Virus record (IMG/VR): IMGVR_UViG_3300025339_000010
Location: 1-36,399 of that record
DNA from: a virus
Lineage: Duplodnaviria; Caudoviricetes
Reading direction: 5' to 3' (one strand)
Length of the DNA: 36,399 nt
Numbering within the stretch: the stretch's first letter is position 1; every line of letters begins with the position of its first letter. Under the pieces are notes generated by a model that did no database searches, was not told the DNA's origin, and was given only the letters and a program-made list of their open reading frames with translations. Positions 36,275 to 36,399 of the stretch are shown piece after piece. The translations under genes and the position numbers were made by a program.

Positions 36275-36399
36275 GCATCAACTCGCATTTAAAAGTTCAC
36301 AAAGCTAATGCGATAAAACACAAAAAAGCTAAAGCTGGATTGGAAACTTTGGTGCATCCAAATTTACCTATGAAATCTTTAAAGCACAAGCCTACAAAA
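36271..36399 (+). CDS. Hypothetical protein, 3'-truncated at the window edge
   Basis: ATGA-coupled start; open to the end of the window. Confidence 0.5.
   Translation, partial: MSINSHLKVHKANAIKHKKAKAGLETLVHPNLPMKSLKHKPTK

Larger units (their letters stand above)
1..36399. mobile_element. Tailed dsDNA phage genome (HK97-like head, non-contractile tail), probably near-complete
   Basis: Contiguous terS-terL-portal-protease-capsid-head/tail-TMP module plus replication, recombination and lysis genes; no host housekeeping genes. Confidence 0.95.

Noticed and set aside
1-36399. Integrase, CI repressor, tRNA, DGR reverse transcriptase, stop-codon recoding
   Set aside because: No such motifs recognised; genes are intact under the standard code.

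Overview
The window is most or all of an AT-rich, HK97-like long-tailed (siphovirus-type) phage genome. The + strand carries a replication/nin-like block (helicase loader, NinB, PD-(D/E)XK, Ref-like and HNH nucleases), lysis genes (holin, M15A endolysin), packaging genes (terS, terL, portal, prohead protease), two tandem HK97-fold capsid paralogues, a head-tail/tail module and an accessory fibre region. That region holds a Gly-rich fibre, a double 2OG-Fe(II) oxygenase, a 965-aa (Gly-X-Ser)n collagen-like protein, a SAM methyltransferase, a GT2 glycosyltransferase and a split GT9-like glycosyltransferase. A short - strand operon encodes ERF, a YqaJ/lambda-type exonuclease and an SSB-like protein. 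It ends in a 23-codon pqqA gene (PQQ precursor peptide) that is missing from the ORF track and points to a methylotroph (Methylophilaceae-like) host. I saw no integrase, repressor, tRNA or CRISPR array. Main highlights: phage-borne pqqA with its own RBS, palindrome, 3' hairpin and terminator; a candidate virion-fibre glycosylation/hydroxylation system; dual capsid proteins separated by a terminator; and near-total avoidance of CCWGG/GCWGC/GTAC except in one ~500-bp fibre-tip segment. All calls come from reading motifs by eye, with no database searches.
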